A stretch of DNA of 62,320 nucleotides, the filler included. It is 5 parts of 5 records of this genome, joined end to end, with 100 filler letters (N's around TTAATTAATTAA, not from the genome) between each part and the next. Parts side by side here need not be neighbours in the genome. Positions count along the whole stretch, not along the records: positions 1 to 16,118 come from SRR2962707_5379; 4 more parts are not named here. One strand, 5' to 3'. Every line of letters starts with the position of its first letter. The stretch's first letter is position 1. Under the pieces are notes generated by a model. That model had not been told where the DNA came from, ran no database searches, and saw only the letters and a list, made by a program, of their open reading frames with translations. Positions 1-10,292 of the stretch are shown here, piece after piece. The position numbers and the translations under genes are program-made.

Positions 1-1
1 C

Positions 2-598
2 AGCGGCAAGAACATCCATCGCTGCAAGACCGCCATGCTGGATGTGGAAACGGTAAAACCCGGAGACCGCATTCTCTTTGCCGGCGTCGGCCACGGCCGG
101 GACGCTATCCGAGCCGCAGAGCTGGGAGCGGAGGTAACGGTGGTCGATCTGTCCGAAACCATGCTGCGCAAATTCGCCGATGCCCAGCATAAAGAAGCGC
201 CTCATCTGACCATACGCCGCATCCACAGCGACATCATGAAGGTGGATGAGTTCGAGCAATACGACATGGTGGTCGCCAACTTTTTCCTGAACGTGTTTGA
301 CGAAGACATGATGGTGAAGGTGCTCGAGCACCTGATTCGCCTGGGCAAAGCCGATGCCAGAGTGGTTGTCGGCGACTTCTGCTACCCGACGGGCAACATC
401 CTGTCCCGCATGTTCAAGAAACTCTACTGGTACATGGCGGTGTTCATTTTCTGGCTGTTTGCCAACAACGCCTTCCACAAGATCTACAACTACCCCGAGC
501 ACATGCAGCGCCTGGGCCTGCAGGTAACCGAGAAGAAGCACTTCAAGCTTCTGAACATGGACTGCTACTGGTCCATCCTCGGCCGAAAACAGGCCTGA
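2..598 (+). CDS. Class I SAM-dependent methyltransferase, probably 5'-truncated
   Basis: Motif I ILFAGVGHGRD, VDLSETML and YDMVVANFFLNVF; frame is open back to the window edge. Confidence 0.8.
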   Translation, partial: SGKNIHRCKTAMLDVETVKPGDRILFAGVGHGRDAIRAAELGAEVTVVDLSETMLRKFADAQHKEAPHLTIRRIHSDIMKVDEFEQYDMVVANFFLNVFDEDMMVKVLEHLIRLGKADARVVVGDFCYPTGNILSRMFKKLYWYMAVFIFWLFANNAFHKIYNYPEHMQRLGLQVTEKKHFKLLNMDCYWSILGRKQA

Positions 599-642
599 AC
601 CCCTGACACCAAAAACAACAACAGGTTATCGGGAGCGTCATC

Positions 643-1650
643 ATGTCAGACCAGATTCTTGCACTGGACCGTACCCAGGGACTCACCGACGGACAGTTTA
701 CGTTTTCAGAGCGGGTGAACTACCTCAAGCAGTTCGGCGTGCACTCACAGTCCTTCTCGACTCTGCAGCCGGGGATGCAGTACTTCGATGTTGAAGGGAT
801 GGGCTACGTGGCCTACATGCGTAAATGGGGCGGCACCTTTGTGCTGTCAGACCCGGTTTGCGCACCCGAGAACTTTCCGGTGATTCTGGAGCGCTTCCAC
901 CAGAAGTTTCCGAATGCCTGCTACATCCAGGTCTCCAAACCGGTGGTGGATTTCCTGCATCTACGCTTCGGGCTCTACGGCACCCAGTTTGGCAGCGAAT
1001 CCCGCATCGACCTGCGCAAATGGTCCCTCAGCGGCAAGAAAAAGCAGATTCTGAGAACCGCCCTGAACCAGGCCGAAAAGAACGGGATCACGGTTAAAGA
1101 GCGTTTCAGTGATGACCACACGCGGGAAATCTCGGAAGCCTGGATTCGCACCCGAAAATGCAAGAGCAACGAAATCCGTTTCCTGATTCGCCCGATGGAA
1201 ATGGATTATCGGGAAAACGAACGGCATTTCTACGCCTATCAGGATGGCAAAGCCGTCGGCTTTATCTACTTCGACCCGATCTATCGCAACAACGAAATCA
1301 TCAGTTATGTGCCCAACATATCCCGCGCCAACGCGGACTTTCGTCAGGGCATATTCTATACCCTGATGGCCCACGCCATGGACGTGTTCAAAGCCGAGGG
1401 TGTGCCGTTTCTGGACCTGGGCCTGATTCCCCTGTCCCTGGACAAAGCCACGGAGCACCAGGAAAGCCGGCTGCTCAAAAAGATGCTCCACGGCATCTAT
1501 GAGAAAGGAAACTTCCTGTACAACTTCAAGGGGCTGGAGTTCACCAAATCACGTTTCCGCGGCGATGGATTCAAGACCTACTGCTGCCACAAGCGGGCTA
1601 TTCCAGCTCTGGAGTTCCTCGCCATGTTCAAACTGACCCGGTTACTGTAA
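643..1650 (+). CDS. DUF2156 / MprF C-terminal-like (aminoacyl-tRNA-dependent GNAT-fold transferase) protein with no membrane domain
   Basis: VLSDPVC, IDLRKWSLSGKKKQILR, FLDLGLIPL and LYNFKGLEFTKSRF match the LPG-synthase C-terminal motifs; no hydrophobic N-terminal region. Confidence 0.75.
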   Translation: MSDQILALDRTQGLTDGQFTFSERVNYLKQFGVHSQSFSTLQPGMQYFDVEGMGYVAYMRKWGGTFVLSDPVCAPENFPVILERFHQKFPNACYIQVSKPVVDFLHLRFGLYGTQFGSESRIDLRKWSLSGKKKQILRTALNQAEKNGITVKERFSDDHTREISEAWIRTRKCKSNEIRFLIRPMEMDYRENERHFYAYQDGKAVGFIYFDPIYRNNEIISYVPNISRANADFRQGIFYTLMAHAMDVFKAEGVPFLDLGLIPLSLDKATEHQESRLLKKMLHGIYEKGNFLYNFKGLEFTKSRFRGDGFKTYCCHKRAIPALEFLAMFKLTRLL

Positions 1651-2473
1651 CGCCGGGCCAGTGGCCGGCCACCAGCCCCACCGGGATGCCCATTTCCGAC
1701 ATGAACGGGCTCAGGTCTTCCGGCGCATCACCGGAAAAGCAGGCACTGATCACCACCGGCCCGGAGTGGTCCGGTGGCGTCTGCGCACCGGCCAACTGCC
1801 CCGCCTGATCGAGCCACCAGGCCACGCGGCGGGCAATCGCCTCGCCAGACTCCACCCAGTGCATCACCTCCGGTAACGCCTTGCGCAACCAGGGCAACAG
1901 TAACGGGTAATGGGTACAGCCCAGAACCACCGTGTCGACACCGGCATCCCGCAGCGGCGCCATGGCCTCATCCACCTCCACCTGATTCGGCGCAGAACCG
2001 CCAACCAGTTCCTCTGCCCAGCGCACCAGGGCAGGATGGCCAAGGCGGACCACCTCGCAATCCCGGGCAAACTCCTGAATCAGATCATCCAGATATGGGC
2101 GTTTGACGGTCGCCGGTGTCGCCAACAGGCCAATGCGGCGATTGGTGGAGCAGGCCGCCGCCGGTTTGACCGCCGGCACTACCCCCACCACCGGCACAGC
2201 AATGGCGGCCCTGAGCTCGGGCAAGACAACGGTACTGGCGGTATTGCAGGCCACCACCACCACATCACAGGGGAACCGGGCCAGGCATTGCCGTATAAGC
2301 GTGCAACAGCGTTCGATCACCACCTGTTCAGGCTTGTCGCCATAGGGAAAGCCGGCATTATCTGCCAGGTAAACCAGCTCCACACCGGGCAACGTCTGGT
2401 GAATACAGGCAGCGACACTCAGACCACCGACCCCGGAATCAAACACCAGCACCCTCGGGCGACGGTCAGTCAT
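1628..2473 (-). CDS. murI: Glutamate racemase
   Basis: FDSGVGGLSV, FPYGDK, ACNTAS and LGCTHYP motifs; start placed at the ATG overlapping the nudC stop. Confidence 0.95.
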   Translation of the reverse strand: MTDRRPRVLVFDSGVGGLSVAACIHQTLPGVELVYLADNAGFPYGDKPEQVVIERCCTLIRQCLARFPCDVVVVACNTASTVVLPELRAAIAVPVVGVVPAVKPAAACSTNRRIGLLATPATVKRPYLDDLIQEFARDCEVVRLGHPALVRWAEELVGGSAPNQVEVDEAMAPLRDAGVDTVVLGCTHYPLLLPWLRKALPEVMHWVESGEAIARRVAWWLDQAGQLAGAQTPPDHSGPVVISACFSGDAPEDLSPFMSEMGIPVGLVAGHWPGVTVTGSV

Positions 2474-3302
2474 GGTGGCTACCGCCATTGCCGGCAGCAA
2501 TCTCTGCTTTCAGGGCATTGATCAATCGCCCTGCTATGGTGGTTTCTGGCGGAACCGGAGGATGTTCATCCAGCGTAAACCAGCCAGCATCCGCCAGTTC
2601 GTCTTCCTGCAACCGCAATTCACCACTCTCGTAGTCGGCAAAGAAGCCCAGCATCAACTGGTGAGGAAATGGCCAGGGCTGCGACCCCTGATAGCGAATG
2701 TTGGTCACCGCCAAACCGGTTTCCTCCATCACCTCCCGGGCCACCGCCTGCTCCAGATTTTCGCCAGGCTCCACAAAACCAGCGATCAGACTGTAGAAGT
2801 TGCGGGTAACCCGTGAGGATTTTGCCAGCAGGAAGCGGTCGCCCCGCCGAATAACGGTAATGATGCAAGGGGCAATACGCGGGTACCAGGGGATGCCGCA
2901 CCGGTTGCACCAGCGCGCCCGTTCGCGGGGATGGGCTCCGGTTTTCTCTCCACAGCGGCCGCAGTAACGATGGTCCTGCCACCACTGCCAGACCTGGTAA
3001 CCGGTACTGAGTAGATCCGCCGGCGCCTCGGGCGTGAGCAGCATGGCCTCACGCAGGGATAGAGTCTGCATGCCCGGCACACCCGTATCCGGCAGCATGG
3101 TGACATACAGAGGGCGCCTCTCCCAGGTGCCCAGAGACAGCGCCTCCGGTCGGCTGCCACCCATTTCCGGGCCACCCCAGCGAAGGAACCAGCCATCAGC
3201 CGGCTTCAGGATACTGTTGCCTGAGAACGCCAGCAGCAGATCGCCCTGCTTCGGCAAAGCCTCACTCCACCCGGGTGTCCACTGTGCCTTGTTGTCTGCC
3301 AT
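2466..3302 (-). CDS. nudC: NAD(+) diphosphatase / NADH pyrophosphatase
   Basis: Zn ribbon CGRCG..CNRCG, Nudix box GFVEPGENLEQAVAREVMEETGL and SQPWPFPHQLM. Confidence 0.95.
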   Translation of the reverse strand: MADNKAQWTPGWSEALPKQGDLLLAFSGNSILKPADGWFLRWGGPEMGGSRPEALSLGTWERRPLYVTMLPDTGVPGMQTLSLREAMLLTPEAPADLLSTGYQVWQWWQDHRYCGRCGEKTGAHPRERARWCNRCGIPWYPRIAPCIITVIRRGDRFLLAKSSRVTRNFYSLIAGFVEPGENLEQAVAREVMEETGLAVTNIRYQGSQPWPFPHQLMLGFFADYESGELRLQEDELADAGWFTLDEHPPVPPETTIAGRLINALKAEIAAGNGGSHHD

Positions 3303-3442
3303 GCCCTGCCTTTCCTGCTACCTGAATGCCAGTTCCGAAATGTACCACATCACATTCATCACCAAGAATTGGTGCGCGACTTTCCGCTACCGCCCCAACC
3401 CGTTAAACTTGGCGCCTGTTTCCAGGACCGGAGTAACCGTTT

Positions 3443-5914
3443 ATGCGACTTTATCAGGGCATTCGCAGCCTGATCCTGTCTCTTTTCCGAAAGATCCTGT
3501 TTTTATGGGTCAGGACCGATGTCAGTGGCAATACCCTGGAAGCCCTCGGGCTGGCCCCGGACAAGCCCGTCTGTTACGTGCTCCAGTACAGCTCACTGTC
3601 GAGCCGTCTGGTGCTGGAGCAGGAAGTCATCCGGGCCCGGTTGCCGGGAGCCACAGATACCTTGCCGGTCAAAAACGGGCCCTCGCATTCGTTTTTCTTC
3701 CTTTACAAACGCATTGGCGGCCTGTTTCGGGGCGGCCGGCACAAGCCGGTGCCTACCCGGGAATTTACTGATCTGGTCCACTTCGGGCTGGAACATCCGG
3801 ATCAGGACGTCCAGATTGTGCCCGTCTCGCTGTTCTGGGGTCGCTCACCCGACAAGGAAAAGTCCCTGGTCAAGCTGCTGCTCTCAGACACCTGGTCGGT
3901 GGCGGGCCGCCTGCAGAAATTTCTGATTATTCTTGTGCATGGCCGCAACACCTACGTGCAGTTCAACCAGCCGCTGTCACTCAGGCAGGTGGTGGACGAG
4001 TATCGAGACAACGAGCAGAAGGCCAACCGCAAGCTGGCGCGAATTCTGCGAACCCACTTCCGTCGTGTACGCCAGGCGGTGCTGGGGCCGGATTTGTCGC
4101 ATCGACGCACCCTGGTGGAGGGGCTGGTACGCACCCAGGCGGTCAAGGAAGCCATCCGCGAGACTGCTGCGAAGGACGATATCCCGCCGGAGAAGGTCCG
4201 CGCCAAGGCCTACAAATACGCCGACGAGATCGCCGCCAGCATGTCGATTGTCACTATTCGCTTCCTGGAGCTGGTATTGGCCTGGCTCTGGAACCGGATC
4301 TACAACGGCATTGCCATCCACAACATTGGGGTAGCCAAGGAAGCGGCACAGGACAACGCTGTGGTCTACGTACCCTGCCACCGCTCCCACATCGACTACC
4401 TGCTGCTGTCCTATGTGCTCTACAAAAACGGCCTGATGCCGCCCCACATTGCGGCAGGCATTAACCTGAACATGCCCATCGTGGGACCAATCCTGCGACG
4501 TGGTGGCGCGTTTTTCATGCGCCGCAGCTTCAAGGACAACCCGCTTTACGCCACGGTATTCAACGAGTACATGCATGTGATGTTCACCCGGGGCTACTCG
4601 GTGGAGTATTTCGTCGAGGGTGGCCGCTCCCGGACCGGCCGCATGCTGCCTCCGCGCCCGGGCATGCTGTCAATGACCGTGCGAAGCTTCCTGCGGGATC
4701 ACCGCAAGCCCATCGTTTTTGTACCGGTGTACATCGGCTACGAGAAAGTCATGGAAGGGCGCTCCTACCTCGGCGAGCTGCGCGGGAAAAAGAAACAGAA
4801 AGAAAGCATTTTCGGTCTCGCCAAGACCGCTCGCAAACTGACCAACTCGTTTGGCCGCGTTGCCGTCAACTTCGGTGATCCGATCCACCTGGACAAGGTA
4901 CTGGACGACGTTCACGAAAGCTGGCGCCACGAAGCCTATGACGCCGAGTATCGTCCCCCCTGGCTGAACCAGGCCGTTGATAATCTGTCCCAGCGTGTGG
5001 CCAGCAACATCAACGCCTCGGTGGCCGTGAACCCGATTGGCATGACGGCCACCGTTCTGCTGGGCACTGAGCGGCTGGCGATGGATGAGGGCCAGCTGAT
5101 CCGCCTGCTGGACAAGTATGCTGACCTGCTCCGCGCCTATCCCTATGCCGAAACCATTACCCTGCCCGAAGGCAGCGGCCGGGACTGGATTGCCTATTGC
5201 GAGAACATGGGGCTGATTACCCGTCAGCCCCAGAAACTGGGCGACATTATTGCCCTGGAGGGCTCGAACGCCATCCTGATGACTTACTATCGGAACAACA
5301 TCCAGCATCTGTTTGCTCTGCCAGCCCTCATTGCCAGCCTGTTCGAGAACAAGGCCAGCCTGAGCCGGGAAAAGATCGTTTTCCTCACCAGCGTCGCCTA
5401 TCCCTACCTGCAGTCAGAGCTGTTCCTGCAGTATGACCAGGAAAAGGTAGACGCGGTGATCAACCAGTGGATTGACGTGCTGGTGGACCAGGGCTTGCTG
5501 ATCAGGCTTGAGGATGAGCGTCTGGGACGGCCTGAGGAAGGTACCGAAGCGATGCTGCGGTCGCGGATTCTGTCCCGCTTCATCATCCAGACCCTGGAAC
5601 GCTATCACATCACCCTGGGCATACTCAGGAAATATGGCTCCGGCAACCTGACGGCGGCAGAGCTGGAAGAACAGAGCACATTGCTGGCAGAACGGATGTC
5701 GATTCTGTTCGGCCTGAACGCACCGGAGTTCTTTGACAAGACCCTGTTCCGGAACTTCATCGCCAATATGCAGAAAAACGGCGTTCTCACAACCGATGAA
5801 GACGGCCGGCTGTGCTATGGCGAGGGTCTGGATGAAGTGGCTGAAGACGCCCGTCTGGTTCTGAGCGTGGAGAAACGCCAGGCGATCCAGCAGGTCACCA
5901 TGCTCGACGCCTGA
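3443..5914 (+). CDS. plsB: Glycerol-3-phosphate 1-O-acyltransferase
   Basis: PCHRSHIDY, GAFFMRR, FVEGGRSRTG and APEFFDK motifs; 823 aa. Confidence 0.96.
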   Translation: MRLYQGIRSLILSLFRKILFLWVRTDVSGNTLEALGLAPDKPVCYVLQYSSLSSRLVLEQEVIRARLPGATDTLPVKNGPSHSFFFLYKRIGGLFRGGRHKPVPTREFTDLVHFGLEHPDQDVQIVPVSLFWGRSPDKEKSLVKLLLSDTWSVAGRLQKFLIILVHGRNTYVQFNQPLSLRQVVDEYRDNEQKANRKLARILRTHFRRVRQAVLGPDLSHRRTLVEGLVRTQAVKEAIRETAAKDDIPPEKVRAKAYKYADEIAASMSIVTIRFLELVLAWLWNRIYNGIAIHNIGVAKEAAQDNAVVYVPCHRSHIDYLLLSYVLYKNGLMPPHIAAGINLNMPIVGPILRRGGAFFMRRSFKDNPLYATVFNEYMHVMFTRGYSVEYFVEGGRSRTGRMLPPRPGMLSMTVRSFLRDHRKPIVFVPVYIGYEKVMEGRSYLGELRGKKKQKESIFGLAKTARKLTNSFGRVAVNFGDPIHLDKVLDDVHESWRHEAYDAEYRPPWLNQAVDNLSQRVASNINASVAVNPIGMTATVLLGTERLAMDEGQLIRLLDKYADLLRAYPYAETITLPEGSGRDWIAYCENMGLITRQPQKLGDIIALEGSNAILMTYYRNNIQHLFALPALIASLFENKASLSREKIVFLTSVAYPYLQSELFLQYDQEKVDAVINQWIDVLVDQGLLIRLEDERLGRPEEGTEAMLRSRILSRFIIQTLERYHITLGILRKYGSGNLTAAELEEQSTLLAERMSILFGLNAPEFFDKTLFRNFIANMQKNGVLTTDEDGRLCYGEGLDEVAEDARLVLSVEKRQAIQQVTMLDA

Positions 5915-5932
5915 CAGATCGCTGCGGCACTG

Positions 5933-6769
5933 TCAGGCCGGCAGCGCCCGGATCGGATAGATGTCGTAGCGACTGCTTTTACCCTCAACCCGCGCAGCCG
6001 GCTCCGGTCCGGCGATCGCGGGTGCCTTGCGGGGGCGTTTGACCACCACCCGATAGCGGGCACAGCCGAGCGCGGCCTCCAGTAGCTGGCTGGCGTCGTC
6101 ATCATCACCCACCACCTGCCGGAACACCTGCATTTCCTTCTTGACCAGCGCAGACTTGTCCCGATGCGGGAACATCGGGTCCAGATAGACCACATCGACG
6201 GCTTCGGGTCCTGCCTGGTTCATCCAGTCCAGTGAGTTGCCAGAGTGCAGCGTCATTCGCGCCACAATCGGTGCACAAGCCTCATTCAGGCTAGCCCGGT
6301 ACAGGCCATCGGCCAACAGGGCATGAATGATCGGGTTACGCTCGAACAGTGTCATCTGGCACCCCAGGGAGGCCAGTACAAAGGCGTCCTGGCCGAGGCC
6401 GGCGGTGGCATCAAGCACCTGCAACGGAGCGCGGGTTTTCTGCATACCCACGGCGCGCGCCACCAACTGGCCAGCGCCACCACCGTGCTCGCGCCGGTAG
6501 CCCATCTTGCCACTGACAAATTCCGCCCTGACTGGCCCGGGCGCACCTTTACCGGTTTGTTGTAACGCCAGCCCATGCTCGTCCATGAACAATAGAAGAC
6601 CGTAGTCCCGAACCTGTTTGGGGGCGACCACGCCCAGCCAGTCAAGCCCCAGCTCGGTGGCCAGCGTACGGGCTACGCCCGGTTCAGCCAAGGGGCTATG
6701 AGCAACGGCCAGGATGTGACGGAGAGACGAGGAATCCGGAAGCTCGGTGTGAGAGGAAGGCGACGGCAT
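5933..6769 (-). CDS. rsmJ: 16S rRNA m2G1516 methyltransferase
   Basis: [26 protein letters not shown] and RVVVKRP. Confidence 0.9.
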   Translation of the reverse strand: MPSPSSHTELPDSSSLRHILAVAHSPLAEPGVARTLATELGLDWLGVVAPKQVRDYGLLLFMDEHGLALQQTGKGAPGPVRAEFVSGKMGYRREHGGGAGQLVARAVGMQKTRAPLQVLDATAGLGQDAFVLASLGCQMTLFERNPIIHALLADGLYRASLNEACAPIVARMTLHSGNSLDWMNQAGPEAVDVVYLDPMFPHRDKSALVKKEMQVFRQVVGDDDDASQLLEAALGCARYRVVVKRPRKAPAIAGPEPAARVEGKSSRYDIYPIRALPA

Positions 6770-7158
6770 CAGACCAGAATATCAATTCCGCTCAGCACGC
6801 TGCCGCTCTCAAACTCCTGTCCGGCAGCGGCAACGCCGGCAAAAGCCGACAGCGCGCGGGCGGCAGGAAGCGGCAATTCATCTGCGCGAAAACGTTCAAG
6901 CCGGGCATCTTCCGCCGCGCGCCGGGCTTCGACACGCCGGCTGTCCAGTTCCGGGCCGGTACCACCGGGCTGTGCCGGATTACCGGGGGCGGTATCCCGA
7001 TCCTGACGGGCGGTATTGAGCTGGTTGCGAACATCACCCGTGGCAAGTGCCTGGGGGTCCGCCGCCGGGGTGCGGGATACATCCGTGCGTTCCCGGGCCG
7101 GGGAGTTGTTACCCGCCTGGTACAACGAAGGATTTGAGGGATTGATGCCGCCAATCAT
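6769..7158 (-). CDS. Small hypothetical protein, low-complexity, translationally coupled to rsmJ
   Basis: 129-aa ORF whose stop overlaps the rsmJ ATG; same strand as tsaB and rsmJ. Confidence 0.6.
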   Translation of the reverse strand: MIGGINPSNPSLYQAGNNSPARERTDVSRTPAADPQALATGDVRNQLNTARQDRDTAPGNPAQPGGTGPELDSRRVEARRAAEDARLERFRADELPLPAARALSAFAGVAAAGQEFESGSVLSGIDILV

Positions 7159-7245
7159 AACGCACCACCGGGGTGAGGATTCAGAGTCGTCATCGCATTA
7201 TGGAGGATCTGGTGCAGAATGCAAAGACGGCGGTTGGAGCGGGGT

Positions 7246-7947
7246 TCACTCCCGACCGGGCAACTTCTTCCAGGCCACTTCGTCCCGGATATACACCGGT
7301 TGTGCCTGCTCTGCTGGCACCGCCTGCCCGTTCGACATTCCCTGTTCGGCCAGCTTCGCCACCTGGGCCGCTGCCGGCAACAACGTATCGTCAATGGCTG
7401 CGAGGCGTTCAACGAGTTCACCGGGCATCTGCTCTTTCAGGGTCCAGCCCTGACCGGCGCCGTACCAGTTGCCACTGGCATCCGGTGGCAGAGTCACCGC
7501 GTCAGGCGGGCAGACCCGCTCCTCGCTCAGCAACACTGGAAGCCCCGCCTCACAGCGGAACACGCCCCAGTAAACCTCCCCCATGCGGGCGTCAAAGGCC
7601 ACCGCAATGCAATCACCCTCCTGCAGGGCGTGCGTTTCGATCGCCGCGAGCGCCACCGCCGCCAGGGACGACACTGGAACCACGGGGATATCCAGCCCCC
7701 AGGCCAATCCCTGGACTACACCGGTTGCAATCCGCAGCCCGGTGAAAGAGCCTGGGCCCCGGGCGAACGCCAGCGCATCGAGATCGGTTGGGGACAGGCC
7801 CTGCTCCGCGAACAATTCGCGAACCATGGGCATTAACAGGCGAGTGTGGCCCCGCGGAGCCACCTCGAATCGCTCGGTCACCCGGCCATCCAGCCAGAGT
7901 GCCGCGGAACAGCCCTCGGATGAGGTATCCAGTGCCAGAAGTTTCAC
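7246..7947 (-). CDS. tsaB: tRNA t6A biosynthesis protein TsaB
   Basis: LLALDTS, GPGSFTGLRI, DARMGEVY and C-terminal PVYIR. Confidence 0.95.
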   Translation of the reverse strand: MKLLALDTSSEGCSAALWLDGRVTERFEVAPRGHTRLLMPMVRELFAEQGLSPTDLDALAFARGPGSFTGLRIATGVVQGLAWGLDIPVVPVSSLAAVALAAIETHALQEGDCIAVAFDARMGEVYWGVFRCEAGLPVLLSEERVCPPDAVTLPPDASGNWYGAGQGWTLKEQMPGELVERLAAIDDTLLPAAAQVAKLAEQGMSNGQAVPAEQAQPVYIRDEVAWKKLPGRE

Positions 7948-7980
7948 AGAATCACGCCTCCTGGGCTGAGCCGGTTTCGA

Positions 7981-8760
<780 letters not shown>

Positions 8761-8860
8761 TTATACGAACTCACACTCGGCAGAGAAAGTCGACCTCCGT
8801 ATCATTGTCCGAAAGCCTGGCTGTCAGCTGCCTCAACGGCCGGTGCAAGGCTGGGGATAA

Positions 8861-10231
8861 TCAGGAAGCGAGGGAAGACGCCAGCACGTCCAGATCGGAA
8901 GCCACCTGGTCCATGTCGCTCTGAACCCGTTCCAGCACATCCGCCCGGAGCCCAAGGCTCTCAACCAGTGCCGGCAGGTCGTCAGGATTGAGTTCGTCAC
9001 CGATACCACGCTCCTTGAGCATGGCATTGGCCAGCTGCACCATCTGGACATATTCCTCGTGCTCGCCATGGTATCCGATGTGCTGGTGCATGCCGGCCGC
9101 TTTGATTACGGCTTCCGGCAACTGCCACAGCCGGTGAAGAATACCGCCAATGGCACCATGACCAACAGCCAGAATATCCTGGCGCTCACTGTGGCCAAAC
9201 ACTTCCTGCTCGAGCGAGTGCATGCTTGCCTCCGGGTTGATTTCCCGCAGAGCATTAAGCTCTTCAAACTCCGATGGAAACAGATGGCCCACCAGTAGCA
9301 AGCCGAAGTTGTGCAGCAATCCGCACAGATAGGCGAGCCCCTTGTCGCGGCCGGAATAGGCGGCGAGGTTCTGGCACAGGAACGCGCAATAAAGCGAGTG
9401 GCGCCAGAAATTGTCCATGCCGAGCATGCCTCCGCGGGGCACATCAAACGCTCGCACCGAGGCAATACCCAGGGCAATGTGGGCAACCCGGTCAAAGCCG
9501 AGGACCCGGGTGACCGCTTCCTGTACAGAGTTTATCTGGCCGGGGTAGTTGAACAGCGCTGATCGGGCATAGCGCATGATCTGCGCGGTCATACTGGGGT
9601 CAAATTCAATCAACTCGGCCAGCTCTTTGGCCGTCGCTTCTGTGTTGGCGGTCAGCCGCAGGATTCGCAATGCCAGGGCCGGCATTGGCGGCAGCCGATA
9701 AAGCTTTTGCAGTTTGTCTGCCACGTCTTCCAGAGTCAGGGCTTCGCGATCTTCCACGCCCTGACCACGAATAACCAGATGTCCCTGCCGGGCGCCAGCC
9801 TGGGCCAGACGGAAGGCCCGGCCGTCCATTTCAACCAGGCTGTGGTCCGTGCCACCGGAGAAGATCACACTTTCGGCTGTCACTACATCTTCATCCACCA
9901 GAACCGGCAGCTCCCAGGCGGCTCCGATCGGAGGTACGAATCCGGCGTCACAGTCCCCGAACAACCGGGAAGTCTGGCGCGCCGTCAGCGGCTGCAGGCG
10001 CCGACCGGTGAACTGGTGCATGGCATCCATATCAAGCGTGCTGTCAAAACGGTGTACCACCATAACCACCCCATTGATATCGATCAGCAGGGTCGCCTTG
10101 ATAAAGTCATGCTGGGGTTTACCCGAAGCAAGCACCGCCGCGTCCAGATTGGCAACGGGCTCCGTTTCCAGTGGCTGGTAGGTAATGCCCTTGCGGGCCA
10201 GAAAACGCGAAAGCCTCTCCGACAATGCCAA
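8861..10231 (-). CDS. YbaK/aminoacyl-tRNA-deacylase-like domain fused to an HDOD domain
   Basis: N-terminal KATLL..LFGDCDAGFVPPIG..FSGG (YbaK-like); C-terminal LPPMP..DPSMTAQIMRYARS..FWRHS..GLLHNFG..WQLP (HDOD). TTG start at 10231 with AAGGAG RBS upstream. Confidence 0.85.
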   Translation of the reverse strand: MALSERLSRFLARKGITYQPLETEPVANLDAAVLASGKPQHDFIKATLLIDINGVVMVVHRFDSTLDMDAMHQFTGRRLQPLTARQTSRLFGDCDAGFVPPIGAAWELPVLVDEDVVTAESVIFSGGTDHSLVEMDGRAFRLAQAGARQGHLVIRGQGVEDREALTLEDVADKLQKLYRLPPMPALALRILRLTANTEATAKELAELIEFDPSMTAQIMRYARSALFNYPGQINSVQEAVTRVLGFDRVAHIALGIASVRAFDVPRGGMLGMDNFWRHSLYCAFLCQNLAAYSGRDKGLAYLCGLLHNFGLLLVGHLFPSEFEELNALREINPEASMHSLEQEVFGHSERQDILAVGHGAIGGILHRLWQLPEAVIKAAGMHQHIGYHGEHEEYVQMVQLANAMLKERGIGDELNPDDLPALVESLGLRADVLERVQSDMDQVASDLDVLASSLAS

Positions 10232-10256
10232 CGGGGGTAACTCCTTAAAGCAAATG

Positions 10257-10280
10257 GGCCGGGGCTGTCCGGCCCCGGCC
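10257..10280 (-). terminator. GC hairpin after ppc (terminator-like or mRNA-stabilising)
   Basis: GGCCGGGGC-6nt-GCCCCGGCC; the U-tract is weak. Confidence 0.4.
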
Positions 10281-10292
10281 TTATTATGCACC

